Shown: positions 26,589 through 39,179, counted from the stretch's first letter. The stretch is 64,000 nucleotides of DNA from Octopus sinensis (GCF_006345805.1 NC_042997.1:32364001-32428000), one strand, 5' to 3'. A program made the numbers and translations. The notes: a model not told the origin generated them from the letters alone.

Positions 26589-27269
26589 TGAAGGACAAAT
26601 TAAATTGACAATGAAGACAAACCAATAAAACCTATCTCCTCAGAGAGGATTTATTTCTAAAAGAAACCTGATATTTTAACTGCTGTTAAAGATTTATGCA
26701 AAAAATAAAATCAAATACACTCACATAGGAAATGAAAGCATGATTTAATATTAAATTAATTCAGTATAATTAGTAAATTTAAATATCACTTCCTAATTTT
26801 ATTTTAATGTCTTGTTTAAATTAAATTTGGTAAACATTTCTGAGGAATCGGGCTAGATTTGGTGTTTATTTGATCAGATTGTTTTCCGTTGTCATGTTAA
26901 GGTTACCTTGATCAGCTATACATTTTAACGGATTTTGTAATGCATACTTTTGACCTTGCAGTCCTGTAATTGACTGCCAAACTTAGACATTTAACATAAC
27001 AATTTTATTATTATTTTTGGCTATCAAAATAATTGTTTTGAATGTGATAATACCATCATCATAATGTGATGCTTGGTTTAACATCATCACTACAACCTTG
27101 TCTTTGTAACGCTCAAAGAATTCAAACACAGTCCTACCCATGTCTAACATCATTCCATCTACAATACATATTCTGGACATTGACTACCTTTATCACACCT
27201 GTCTTGGAGGGCCTGTTTTTCATTTGTTTTTCTATGTGACATTTTATGAAAACCTAATCTGATTGCTGA

Positions 27270-27480
27270 GTTGTTATTTAACCCTAAATCAGCATCTGTT
27301 TGAGCAATCATCAGAAAAATCACTCTGACCATGACCATTGCAACATTTTTTTTCCTTTTTCTCAGACATACTCTGTCTAGAACTGCATTGTTCAATGTAT
27401 CCTTCACGTTTAAGATGGTAGGATGTGTTCTGAGGAAGATTTCTTTTAGGTTTAGTAACCTCATCAGTTGGAAAATAAAT
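27270..27480 (-). mobile_element. Diverged family F interspersed repeat
   Basis: Minus strand aaatcttcctcagaacacatcctaccatctt...atggtcatgg...gctgatttagggttaaataacaac matches the repeat at ~33360-33500 (+) and the fragments near 7540-7710 and 50570-50950. Confidence 0.65.
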
Positions 27481-29069
27481 TGAGTTAAATGCTGCTGTGA
27501 AAGAAAGAATACAGCCATATGTTTAAATGATAACAAAACTATTATTATAAATAGTGCAGAAAATGTAAAATAGATGGAGACAGCATAGAAATGTATTAGT
27601 AACAAACCCAGTATTTCAAGCCAGTCATATATTCAAGCACCCACATTTACATGTATGTATGCATTTTCAATAATAATAATGATGATGATGATAGTTTCCA
27701 ATGGCTACAGTTAGTAAAAGATTATACATAGTCATTAGCACACATTATATGAGAACATTCCTGAAAGAAGTAGTATTTAATGTCTTCAAATATTTCATTG
27801 GTTTCTTTTTTTTTTTTCCTTTTTTTTTTTGTATATTGTAATATTTTAAAAAATTATAATTTCATATATTCTTAAAATATTTTCCTTTTTATGTATTTCA
27901 TACTACCAAAATTCTATGCATGCATGCACACACACACACATATACACACACATATATACACACACACACACACACTTTATCTCATTCCCTGTCTGTCTCT
28001 TTCTCCCCTTTTCTCCCTCCTCTCTCTCTTTCTTTCTCTCTCTCTCTCTCTCTCGCATGTACACATATGCACCTGTAAGTTATCTAAAAGATGGTACTTT
28101 GTTTTTCAATCTTGAAGAATTCTACGAAATTATTAAACAAATCTCTCCCTATGAAATTCTCTCTCCCTCTCTTTCTCTTGCTCTCTCTCTCTTTCTCTCT
28201 CCACCCTACTACTGAAAAAAAAGGTAGCTTAATCATACAAATAAAATGAATTCCCATCTTTATTTTCTCCCCAGCTACTTCTTCCCCCTTTCAAATATCC
28301 CCCCCCCATTTAGTCAAGGAGACTTTTTTCTTTTTTTTTCTTGTCTTTCAAGTTACTTGTTGATCTCACTAATGCCAGTGGCAGGAAAAGAAGTACCCAG
28401 TACACATTGTAAAGTGATAAAGTGGTTGATATTAGGAAGGGCATCCAGCCTCAGAAACCATGCCAAAGCTGACTTTGGAACTTGGCTCAGTCATCTAGCT
28501 CATTGGATCCTGTCAAACCATCCAACCTATGCCAGCATGGAAAATGAATGTTAAATGATGAGGATCTAATAATTTAATGCATTATGTGCAAAAAGAAGAA
28601 GTGAAAAGAAATAGAAGAAATATACAAAGAATTTCAATTTGCCATCAGCTCCATGTTGTATAGAGCTACACTTGTTGGTTCTCTTGTTTTAGAAATCACT
28701 ATCGTCATAGTTATCTGTTGAATGCTTCGTGTTCTTAGGTTGTTCCTACTCAAATAATAATGTAATCTATTTCAGTTTGGGCCCGTTTTCCTTTTTTGCT
28801 AAGGGTGGAGTGGAGCTTAGTCTACCTCAGAAAGGCTACTTGACTATAATGGTGGTCTTGATGGATTTTGAAATCAGAACACACAAAGCTTAGAGAGATG
28901 TGCAAGGTATCTCATCCAATTCTGTCTATCCACTGCTTGGATCAGATACTTTATTTATTGTCCCATTCCACCCAATTCCCCCACATACAAAAATGTAAAA
29001 TCAAAGTTTACGTTGGCTGGATTTGAGAGCATGAAGAATTAGAACAAAATCCAGCAAGGCATTTAATCT

Positions 29070-29490
29070 AATCATCATCATCGTTTAACGTCCGCTTTCC
29101 ATGCTAGCATGGGTTGGACAGTTCAACTGGGGTCTGGGAAGCCAGAAGGCTGCACCAGGCCCAGTCTGATCTGGCAGTGTTTCTACAGCTGGATGCCCTT
29201 CTTAACGTCAACCACTCCGTGAGTGTAGTGGGTGCTTTTTACGTGCCACCGGCACAGGTGCCAGACGGGGCTGGCAAACAGCCATGATCAGATGGTGCTT
29301 TTTACGTGCCACCAGCACGGAGACCAGACGAAGCTGGCAATGGCCACGGTCGGATGGTGCTTTTTACATGCCACCGGCACGGAGGCCAGTCAAGGCGGTG
29401 CTGGCTACGGCCACGTCTGGATGGTTCTCTTATGTGCCACCGGCACTGGTATCACGGCTACAAATTCCATTGATGTTGATTGATTACGAT
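29070..29490 (-). mobile_element. Family B non-LTR retroelement 3' region ((ATG)n tail, internal minisatellite)
   Basis: catcatcatcgtttaacgtccg...gatgccctt...; internal repeated gtgctttttacgtgccaccggcac units; same family as 49788-50375 and 61150-61400. Confidence 0.8.
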
Positions 29491-30209
29491 TAACTCTGCC
29501 AGCTGAGTAAAGCATAGTCTTAATTATACTTACCAGATCTTAGATGACTAAGCGAATAAAGATTTTGAATGAAAAGCATTCAATGATTGGACAAATGATT
29601 TTTTACTATATTGCAGGTGTAGTTTTAATTAAACAATTGGATAGGAGCACTACACTGTATTAGCCCACACTTAAGTATGTCTTCAGGCAGAAAGCATTCC
29701 TTGGAAAGTTACTCTGCCCCTGTCATTATTCTGTGTTCACCAAAATATTTTGGTGAAAAATTCTTTATTTTCCCTGTCTTCTAAGATCTGGTAAGTACAA
29801 GTAAGATTATGCCTTACTGATGAGGTCTAATTAAACTGAAACATAGCTGGAATTGTCGTTGTGCTTATCATAATCAGACTCACTCCCTATTGTATATCCT
29901 ACTTCAAATTAGTTGAACAATAAAGCTCATCTTTAGTCTGTTGTTTTGATTGTTTCATATTTTTACAATCTTAAAATTTAGATTTCAATGTTTCATCCTT
30001 TGTCTTTCTTCACAGAATTATTCATTAAACATAATGATTTTCCTCTCAGTAATAGATATTCCGCTGAGGTCGACTTTGCCTTTCATCCTTTCGGGGTCGA
30101 TTAAATAAGTACCAGTTACACACTGGGGTTGATAGAATCGACTTAATCCGTTTGTCTGTCCTTGTTTGTCCTCTCTGTGTTTAGCCCCTTGTGGGTTGTA
30201 AAGAAATAG

Positions 30210-30830
30210 ATATAATTTTGATAAATTTTTTTTTGTCTCCTGCCCCCTTTTTTTAAGAATGTTATCCCTCACTTAACTATATATGTTTTATGTAGTCAGG
30301 CATTGGTAAATTTTTCTTAATGAATCTAGCTAAAACTGTCTTGATTAATGACTTATTGTTAGTAATTCCCTAGTGGGGTAAAAAACAAGAGTGTCACCAC
30401 TTCCCATTTCATCTCACCCACATCCAACTCCATCTGAAAGTCCATATCTACACTTAACAAAAAAAATAATAATAAAACAAGAGTGTTGTAGCTATGTGTT
30501 TTATAGAGCACAGTCTTATATAATTTTGATAAATTTTTTTTTTGTCTCCTGCCCCCTTTTTTTAAGTATGTTATCCCTCACTTAACTATATATGTTTTAC
30601 GTAGTCAGGCAATGGTAAATTTTTCTTAATGAATCTAGCTAAAACTGTCTTGATTAATGACTTATTGTTAGTAATTCTCTGGGGTAAAAAAACAAGAGTG
30701 TCACCACTTCCCATTTCATTTCACCCGCATCCAACTCCATCTGAAAGTCCATATCTACACTTAACAAAAAAAAATAATAATAAAACAAGAGTGTCGTAGT
30801 TATGTGTTTTAATAGCGCACAGTCTTATAT
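30210..30830. repeat. Direct tandem duplication, period ~308-309 bp
   Basis: atataattttgataaatt at 30210 and 30518; cagtcttatat at 30511 and 30820; several substitutions between copies. Confidence 0.9.
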
Positions 30831-32114
30831 TCATTGCAGCATGTCCCATCTGCTGCACTTTTGACCTCGCCCTGCCTCTCCCACCCCTTTCCATGTTACT
30901 GCTGGAATGCATGTGTCATTTGCTGCAGTGAAATGCTGTTGATGAAAATTGCGAACTTTATGCACTTAGTGCACTTCCTTCCTTCCTTCCTTCCCCCCAC
31001 CCCCACCCCACCGTTTCTTTTCCTTCGTGTTTCTTTTCTCGTGTGCTCTTCTTATTCTTCCTCCAGGCTTCTCCTTCTGTCTTATGCTCTCTCTCTCTCG
31101 CTCTTCCCTCTCCATCCTTTACCATAACAGTTGCATGTAATACTCCGTGCAAAGTGCCGGAGCAGCAAGGGGCTTGACTAGATAAATTTAAAAACAAGGT
31201 TGCTGATCCGTTTAGTTTGAAGTTTTACTCACGCATAGCAACCTGCTGTGTGTGCGTGTGTGTGTGTGCGTGTGCCTGTGTGCGCGTGCCTGTGTGCACT
31301 TGTATACGGTTGTGTCTATGCATGTATATGGGTGTATATATGCACATGTGTGCATAGAGAAGAGAGAAACCTATGCAAGAAGAGAAAGTTTCCTTTACAC
31401 CAAGTCAGTGTGGTGTGATGTTACTAAACTTAGTATCTTCTTTGTATATTTACTTTATAAAAACCAACACTGCAACATTATTTTTAAAAAAATAAGTTAC
31501 AACAAAGTATCCCAGATAATTTTCAGTTCTAGCTATCTGACTTCATTTTTCTTATAATTCCTCAAAAATTAATTCCAATAGAGGAGAATCAGAAAAATCA
31601 TCTCTGAATGAGCTGCATTAGAAGCCTGGTTGTCATTCCCTCTTTTGGACATACCACTTCCTTTAGACTAGCTAGCCTGTTGGTTTCTTCATATAAAGGT
31701 GTAAATGCTACCTTATGAACATGCATTTCCACCCCACCTCTTTCTCCTGCCTGCTTCAAATAAGTACTGTGGTAGAGATAGTTCACTGTTGGAGTACAGT
31801 TGGAGTACAGGGTTTTGTTTACTGGCAGTATTAATGTTAACCATTCTTATGGACCTGCAAACAAACAAAAGCAACTAAAGAAAAAGAGTGGAGAAATTTG
31901 CGAGACTGTTCAGTTGAAGAGTTCCTTGAAGACTATCACATGTTTCTTTGAAGTTTTGTGTTTTATCCCTGTGTCTAAGCCTGTTGCTGAGACACTTGTC
32001 AGCAGCACAACAATTCTGGGTTATTTATCACCATCTCTTCCACCATAAACAGTATCACAATTCTGCAACCTCGTTTCTGACAGTGAAAGAAATGTTTAGC
32101 ACATTTTTAAAAAA

Positions 32115-32472
32115 TATATTATTTTACTTGTTTCAGTCATTTGATTGTGGCCATGCTGGAGCACCACTTTGAAGGGTTTTTAGTTGAACCAATCAACCCC
32201 CGGTACTTATTTTTTAAGCCTAGTACTTATTTAATTGGTCTCTTTTGCCGAACTGCTGAGCTACAGGTACATAAATATACCAACACCAGTTGTCAAACAG
32301 TGATGAGGGGAAAAACACACTGGCATATATAAGTTTTGAGTCGGATGTTTTGCAACTGTCTAAGGGATAGATGTATCCATAGGCACTACTGGTGTATTAC
32401 CTAACTGTGTATAGGCCTTGCTGTAAGGTTAACAATAGTTGGTAATTTAAACGGTTTACCATTTAAACCATG

Positions 32473-32537
<65 letters not shown>

Positions 32538-32700
32538 AAACAGGCTGTTTTCAGTTTCTGCCTACCAAACTAACTCACAAGGCTTTGGTTGGCCCAAGGC
32601 TATAGTGGAAGACACTTGCCCAAGGTGCCATGCAATGGGACTGAAACTGGAGCCATGTGGTTGAGAAGCAAGTTTCTTACCACTCAGCTATGCCTGCACC
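32115..32700 (-). mobile_element. SINE family A, diverged and interrupted copy
   Basis: Tail at 32115-32330 and head at 32535-32700, separated by unrelated sequence and (TA)n(CA)n. Confidence 0.65.
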
Positions 32701-34459
32701 TATTAACATTTTCATTTAATTCTTTCCCTTTTTTTTCCCTTTAATTCTTTTCCTTTTTATTAGGTGCAAGTTTTGTATTATATAATGTGTATCGTAATTT
32801 TTATTGTACAATAACCATTATTTCGAACTTTTGGAAACTTCAGAGGTGAAGAGCATACTTCCCAAATAGTAGTGCAGTTCCATAATTTTTTAAAATTTCT
32901 TTTCCTTTCTTTATTATGTAAATGCTGAAGAATAGTGGCAATTAGCCAAAAATTTATAATACAAGCTCCATTCCCATTAGACCCTATTTCAATGCATTTA
33001 CCTACTTTCTCCCTGCTATTTCCTGGCAGCTCTCTCATACTGGTCAGTGGCCTAAGGGAAGATGGATTTGCTAGCAACAACCTTTATGAAGATTCGAATT
33101 TTCATATGGTGACACATTAGATTCATTTAAGGATTACACTAAACATTTTAAAAAAGGATTTAAATGTCTCCAAAGTGCTGAACAGCTTTTATGGGCTGGC
33201 ACTTAATCCCAGTTTCTTGTCAGGAAATGTTTGAGATAAGTCCTTTCACTCTCCAGTCAACTGGAGTACACAGCGTAAAGTGTACTACCTGAATATGCAA
33301 CAAAACACTTAACTAGTCTACAAGAAAGCCTTTATGTAATCACTCAACTTCTAGAGATAGCAACTAAATTTCTTTCAAATTACACCCTACCACGTTGAAA
33401 AATAATGATGTGCTTGTAAACAAAAGACAGGATAGTCAAGGCTGGAATGCTATTGGCTATAGATTTGCTTGATTACAGCTGACCTAGGGCTAAACAACAA
33501 CAGTGAATCGCAGCAGGCTTGAACACGTGATGTATGAGCTGTCAGTTCAACAGTTTATCCATTCAGCCACTTCACTTTTCAAGAGAAAGGAGAAGCACTC
33601 ATGACTTTTGCAAATCTAGACTGGTCATGAGTGGATGGAGGCAGTTTAAGGGTCATGGAAGATTTTGCTTTCATTTCATTTGCCCAGTAATTAGATTAGA
33701 CCCATGGTTTCTGATGGAGGTGGACAGTGGAGCAGGAATCCCTTCCTTTCAGGGAGTACTCTGTAAGGGTTGGTTTTAAACTTTCTAAACTTATGCAACT
33801 CCATGGTGAAGAAAGAACTATATGGACATCGACTCCAATTTGGACTTTAGCAAACACAACTGATTGATAACAATCGATTAGTTAGTCAGTTAACTAATTG
33901 ATGAATAATAATGAAGGAAGTGAAACTGAATCAGTGCATGTGTTTATTGTTGGCATAATGACCCTCCCAAGCTACAACAAAATCTGTTTCAACACATGAG
34001 TTCAACCTCAAGAATCTTGCAAACCAAATACAAAAACAAAATAGCACTATTTTGTTTTCTTATTATTTAAGCATGATGTGTAGTGCAAAAAACATATCAC
34101 TTTGTGGGAAAGCCTGGTGCTTGAAAATAACTGGGTTAGACCAACAATTTATTGTATTTTTAATCAACATTAGAAGACCTGAAACTTTTGATGATTTCTT
34201 TGTTTAAAAATCACTAAGCATTCCACATTGTTGTGTCCATGTCTGTTTCTCTTTTAGTATCGTCAAAGTTCCTCTGATATTTCCTTTACACAGCAGACAA
34301 CTCTGTCTACACTGTTTGACAATTCAATTCATTCAAAGGAAAGTAAATTTGCTGTAAAAATTCCATGAGATTGGAAAGAAATATCTATAAACACACGAAG
34401 TAGAAAATAAAATGTTTATTCTAGCAAAGGCTGAAAATTGGTAGCAAATTGTGTGTGTC

Positions 34460-34505
<46 letters not shown>

Positions 34506-34675
34506 AATCTGTCTCTCCCTCACACACACACACACATGTATGTAAATATAATTGATGCACAAACAAAATAATACAAAAGAACACTCAATACATTGTGTAG
34601 AGTAAGTTAACTGTTGATGATTCACTCCATTGTTACCTGAAATTTCACATGTAACATGTGTCATCAAATATGCAT

Positions 34676-34719
<44 letters not shown>

Positions 34720-34789
34720 CACGTATGTATGATTTTGTCTGTGTGTTTCTGATTCTCATTCTCCTATCTTTTATAATCTTCTGGACAAG

Positions 34790-35020
34790 CTCCTTTCTCT
34801 CTCCCTCTCTCTCCCCCCTCTCTCCCTCTCTCTCCCCCCTCTCTCCCTCTCTCCCCCTCTCTCCCTCTCTCTCTCCTTCCTCTCCCCCCTTTCTATCTAT
34901 CTATCTATCTATAGCCTTCTCTCTCTTTCTCTCCCCCTCTCTCTCCCTCTCTCTCTCCCTCCTCTCCCCCTTTCTATCTATCTATGCATATATAGCCCTC
35001 TCTCTCTCTCTCTCTCTCTC
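34790..35020. repeat. CT-rich minisatellite (ctctccc-type units)
   Basis: Pure pyrimidine repeats with a duplicated ctatctatct block. Confidence 0.8.
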
Positions 35021-35723
35021 GTTTTCATGCATTTTTTTTGTTCTTCTTGTCTTTCCTCTTCTCTTCCATTCCTCTCTTCTTCCTCCGCTTTCCTATATTC
35101 ATTCATTCATTCCACACCTCAGGTTACATCAACTATTAGATGTAACAACAACAACAACAATGATGATGATATAATGTACTAGTTTAACAATTGTAGCCCT
35201 TTTTTTCTTAATTCATCGCTTAGAAAAACCCCTTCTATCTCAGCCTGCTGATGTAGGAAATATTCAGTTTCCAGCAGTGTGTATGTGGAAGGGTGCTTGC
35301 TTACTTGCGCTAAACATATGTAATCAACTGTCATATGCATGGAGTGGGGATGAAAGCTCAAAGCATTCATGGGGTTTCATTGCCACCAACCCCCCATCAT
35401 ACACACTACCCCCCTTCATTCACATTATTCATTAATCAGCTAATTCACTTGCTAATTCATTCACACAGTCTCTGTGTGTGTGTGTGTGTGTGTACATATT
35501 TTTTTTTAATCTTTTACTTGTTTCAGTCATTTGACTGCGGCCATGCTGGAGCACCGTCTTCAGTTGAACAAATCGACCTCAGGACTTATTCTTTGTAAGC
35601 CTAGTATTTTATTCAATCAGCCACTTTTGCCAAACCACTAAGTTACGGGGACATAAACACACCAACATCAGTTGTCAAGCTATGGGGAGGAGACATTCAC
35701 AGACACACAAACATATACATGCA

Positions 35724-35915
35724 TCTCGTGTGTACCGTTGGCGATTTTTTTTCCTCTGTCTTCCCTTCTCGGGATCTTTCCTTCTCCTATGTTTCCGACG
35801 AAGAGCTCCGCTCGAAACGTTAAACCCTCCTTCTTTCCTGAGCGTCCATTAATACTATATTTGTTCCACGTCCTCGCGTTGTTGTGTTTTTTTGTGTTTT
35901 CTTGTTTGGATTAAC
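35724..35915 (+). mobile_element. Penelope-like element terminal-repeat fragment carrying a hammerhead-like motif
   Basis: Same sequence as the two minus-strand copies at ~15547-15750 and ~15845-16048; contains CCGACGA..GAAACGTT. Confidence 0.55.
35791..35825 (+). ncRNA. Minimal type I hammerhead ribozyme-like motif (U4C variant)
   Basis: GTTT-CCGACGA-A-GAGC(TCC)GCTC-GAA-ACGT-T-AAAC. Stem I GTTT/AAAC, stem II GAGC/GCTC, palindromic stem III ACGT, GUU triplet. Confidence 0.5.
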
Positions 35916-35934
35916 TATATATATATATATATAT

Positions 35935-36150
35935 ATATATTATAAAATCTGTTCTGTCTGTCTGTCTTCTAGGATCTTGGGCATCCTCCATCCGATTGCG
36001 CTCAAATTTGATATGTAGATACCGGCAGTATCAGGGCGTGTATAAGTCTTGAAAAAATTACAAAAATCGATTCCAGGTGAGAATGCGATCGATAAAGCCG
36101 TGGGAACGTGCATTTGTACGCATAAGTGCATCAGCTGTTGTAATGTACTT
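35935..36150 (+). mobile_element. Possible Helitron/Helentron-like fragment
   Basis: atatataaaatctgttctgtctgtctgtc...ccgattgcgctcaaatttg: (CTGT)n near the 5' end and CpG-rich, resembling Helentron-associated elements; no clear 3' end. Confidence 0.35.
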
Positions 36151-36308
36151 ACTGGTACTTTAAACTCTTCCCACTACTAATCTAAGAATCCTTGCAAGAG
36201 TAAGGATCATGAATGCTGCCATACTTTCCTTGTCTAAATCATAAAGCAAAACAAAAATAAAAGATGTGGATGTGTGTGTGTATATATACACACACATAGA
36301 TTTGTGAA

Positions 36309-36349
<41 letters not shown>

Positions 36350-36354
<5 letters not shown>

Positions 36355-36662
36355 TGTGATCACCGTGACCGACCAGGCTATCAGATGTTGCTACACATCG
36401 CTGGTCACAAAGCGCTTCGCATTGTTTTAGCCTTCAAATGATGCCACCCCGCTGGCTAAGCAAGCAGGCCAACAGAAGAAAGAGTGAGAGGAAGTTGTGG
36501 TGAAAGAATACAGCAGGGATCGCCACCACCCCCTGCCGGAGCCTCGTGGAGCTTTAGGTGTTTTCACTCAATAAACACTCACAACGCCCGGTCTGGGAAT
36601 CGAAACCGCGATTCTACGACCGCGAGTCCGCTGCCCTAACCACTGGGCCATTGCGCCTCCAC
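36350..36662 (-). mobile_element. tRNA-derived SINE family D with RTE-derived 3' tail
   Basis: Minus-strand head ggaggcgcaatggcccagtggttagggcagcggactc...ggtttcgattccc (A and B boxes); tail ...gtgaccagcgatgtg...ctggtcggtcacggtgatcacagtgat. Confidence 0.85.
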
Positions 36663-37203
36663 ACATATATATATACACAAACACACACACATATGCTCAT
36701 GTATGTATGGTTATGTGTGTATGGATGTTATATAATCAACTGAAATGACCTCGTGGTTAGCTTCCGCAGTTACCTTCTATCACCCACCTTCCTACCTTCC
36801 TACCTGCTCATCCTTCCATCATTAATGATCACTTTGAACTTGGCAAGATATTTTATTTATTTCTCCCTCCCTCTTACTTTTTCATTTAATTTCATTTCAT
36901 TTTCGTTGTCTCATCAATTTTTTTCTACTCTGTTCATTTTCCTTTGTACATGTGATAATTAATAAAAAGAGAAAAAAAATTGAATAAAAAATTGTATAAT
37001 AAGCAACAGTATATAATAATATATTGCAGTATATACAACAGTATGTATATAATAAAATATTTCATAAATAATTTTTCTTTTTTTTTTTTAATAATTTTCA
37101 TTTAATATTAGTGTCAGTTAAGTAAGTTTGATGAAAATTTCAGCCTTTTTTCTTGCTTTAAAAGAAAACATGGTTTAACCCTTTAATATTTAAACCAGCC
37201 ATA

Positions 37204-37737
37204 CGAGGCCTGATCAGTAATTATCCGGACTGTTGTGATCATCATTGTTCGACCGTGGTCGAGACAATGGAATTTACCATGCTACACCAGACTTCACGGT
37301 CCATCATGGCATTACAGAGGTCCTGTTGCTGGATGCCTGTATCCCTGGAGATTACATCAGGGAAGGAGAGTGTGCGCCCTCTGGTATTGCGAGTAGATGG
37401 CTTCCAGAGGAGAAGAGTAGAAATTTGCCTCGTTTTCAGCTCTACAACAATGTCCAGCAAACTGGACTCTCCTACCTTTCGCAGGAGATGACACAGGTGG
37501 TAGTTTCCCATATATTTGCATTTTGGTTGGATGACGCTTCTACGAAAGATTTTGAGCTCTCATAAGGAGGCGAGTGTAGGTTCCATCCAACCGCCTCTCA
37601 AGCTTCTCATAGTAACAAACCTAAAGCACGTAGAGTAAAGCTGCTTGGCAAAGATTGACTTTGTACACTGTTGTACATGAGCACTAATGTTCTACTTCAC
37701 TTCCGCTGTTTACAGCAGTGCTTGGAAGGAAGGTGTG
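37204..37737 (+). mobile_element. Tc1/mariner left-end remnant interrupted by an RTE fragment
   Basis: TA|cgaggcctgatcagtaattatccggactgttg resembles a mariner TIR. The sequence resumes at ~37607 (catagtaac...aaagcacgtagagtaaagctgcttggc). The family call is from recalled consensus. Confidence 0.6.
37235..37605 (-). mobile_element. 5'-truncated RTE-clade LINE 3' end
   Basis: Minus-strand translation ...ISTLLLWKPSTRNTRGRTLSFPDVISRDTGIQQQDLCNAMMDREVW...* (RTE C-terminal W.P...RGR...D.....DR..W pattern), with a (GAT)-like tail. Confidence 0.8.
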
Positions 37738-38077
37738 ATTTTCTGCGGCCACATACCTCTTGTTTCCAACCCTCACCTGTTTTCCAAATAAGATATTTCT
37801 CCACGGACAGACATGTTTTCACACAAGAGCAGAATTAAAGGACATACTTGTATGGTGGTGACACTGGTGTACAACTAGCATGTTATACTAAGACAAGGAG
37901 GCATAAATACGCACACACACACTTACATATATACAATAAGATTCTGGCTAGACTACACTTGCTGAAGGTGTCCTACAATGAGACTGAACCCAAAACTGTG
38001 TGGTTGGGAAGCAAGCTCCTTGATCACACAGCTAGTATGTACTATATTTATAATTTTTGTGTGTGTTGATATATATA

Positions 38078-38392
38078 TCATCATCATCATCATCATTTAA
38101 CGTCTGTTTTCCATGCTAGCATGGGTTGGACGGTTCGATTGGGGTCTGGTAAGCCATGGAGGCTGCACCAGGCTCCAGTCTGATTTGGCAGTGTTTCTAC
38201 AGCTGGATGCCCTTCATAATGCCAAAAAATCTTGGTGAGACCTTAAATTTCGGCGTTAGGAAGGGCATCCAGCTGTAGAAACACTGCCAAATCAGACTGG
38301 AGCCTGGTGCAGCCTCCATGGCTTACCAGACCCCGGTTGAACTGTCCAACTCATGCTAGCATGGAAAACGGACGTTAAATGATGATGATGAT
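38078..38392. mobile_element. Family B retroelement 3' tails, inverted pair
   Basis: Left arm ~38078-38224, spacer ~27 nt, right arm ~38252-38392, tails pointing outward. Confidence 0.85.
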
Positions 38393-39112
38393 ATTGATAT
38401 ATATGTACATACACATAACTTTGCTGTCACTTACAAGTATGACATGATAGCTTGTACCATCATCATCTTCATTTAGCATCCACTTTTCCAAGCTTGCATG
38501 AATCAGATAAAACTTGTTGAGCTAGATTTTCTACAGTTGGATGCTTTTCCATGGCCGGATGCTCTCGCTTGTTTCCATGCTTTCACTAATTGCCCTTAGC
38601 AATTAAGTGTGCAGACATAAACAAACATCTTCTCAACCATCCCACTCTTGACGCAGTGGTTCATTGAAGATAGGAGCAGGCTGGAGCAACAGGAAATCAA
38701 ATGCCTTACGCAAAGTCACAACGCATTGCCTGGGCCAGTAATCGAACCCCAACCGTATGCTCATAAGTACAATGCCATAACTAACAGGCCACGCACCTTA
38801 CCTTGTATGTATGCATATATGTGTATGTATTTATCCCTGCAGTGCTGTACACCATGTACAGACATTTTTCGTTGTCACTTTAAATGAGATACATCGTTTC
38901 TCCCTGTCATTGTTGTCACATTCTGTCACCTCTGTCTGTCTCTAAATCTAACCTTACCCTACACCTTTCACCAATCCACCCACCCACCCTAGTGCCATTC
39001 CAGTAAGCAGCGTGCACAATTTTTTCTAAAAGCGTACATGTACAATCTTATCTTTCTGTCACTCAACCAACCCCTTGAAAAATCAAAATAAGTCTCTCTC
39101 TCTCCCTCCCCC

Positions 39113-39179
<67 letters not shown>

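Noticed and set aside
27159-27605. 148-aa minus-strand ORF with an apparent acceptor and a protein-like alternative frame (AFNSIYFPTDEVTKPK...)
   Set aside because: Its core aligns with the family F interspersed repeat seen at ~33360-33500 and elsewhere, so it is most likely a diverged repeat, not an exon.
32920-32960. CTGAAGA...TGGC/GCCA...AAAA hammerhead-like string
   Set aside because: Lacks GAAA, stem III and stem I; too degenerate to support.
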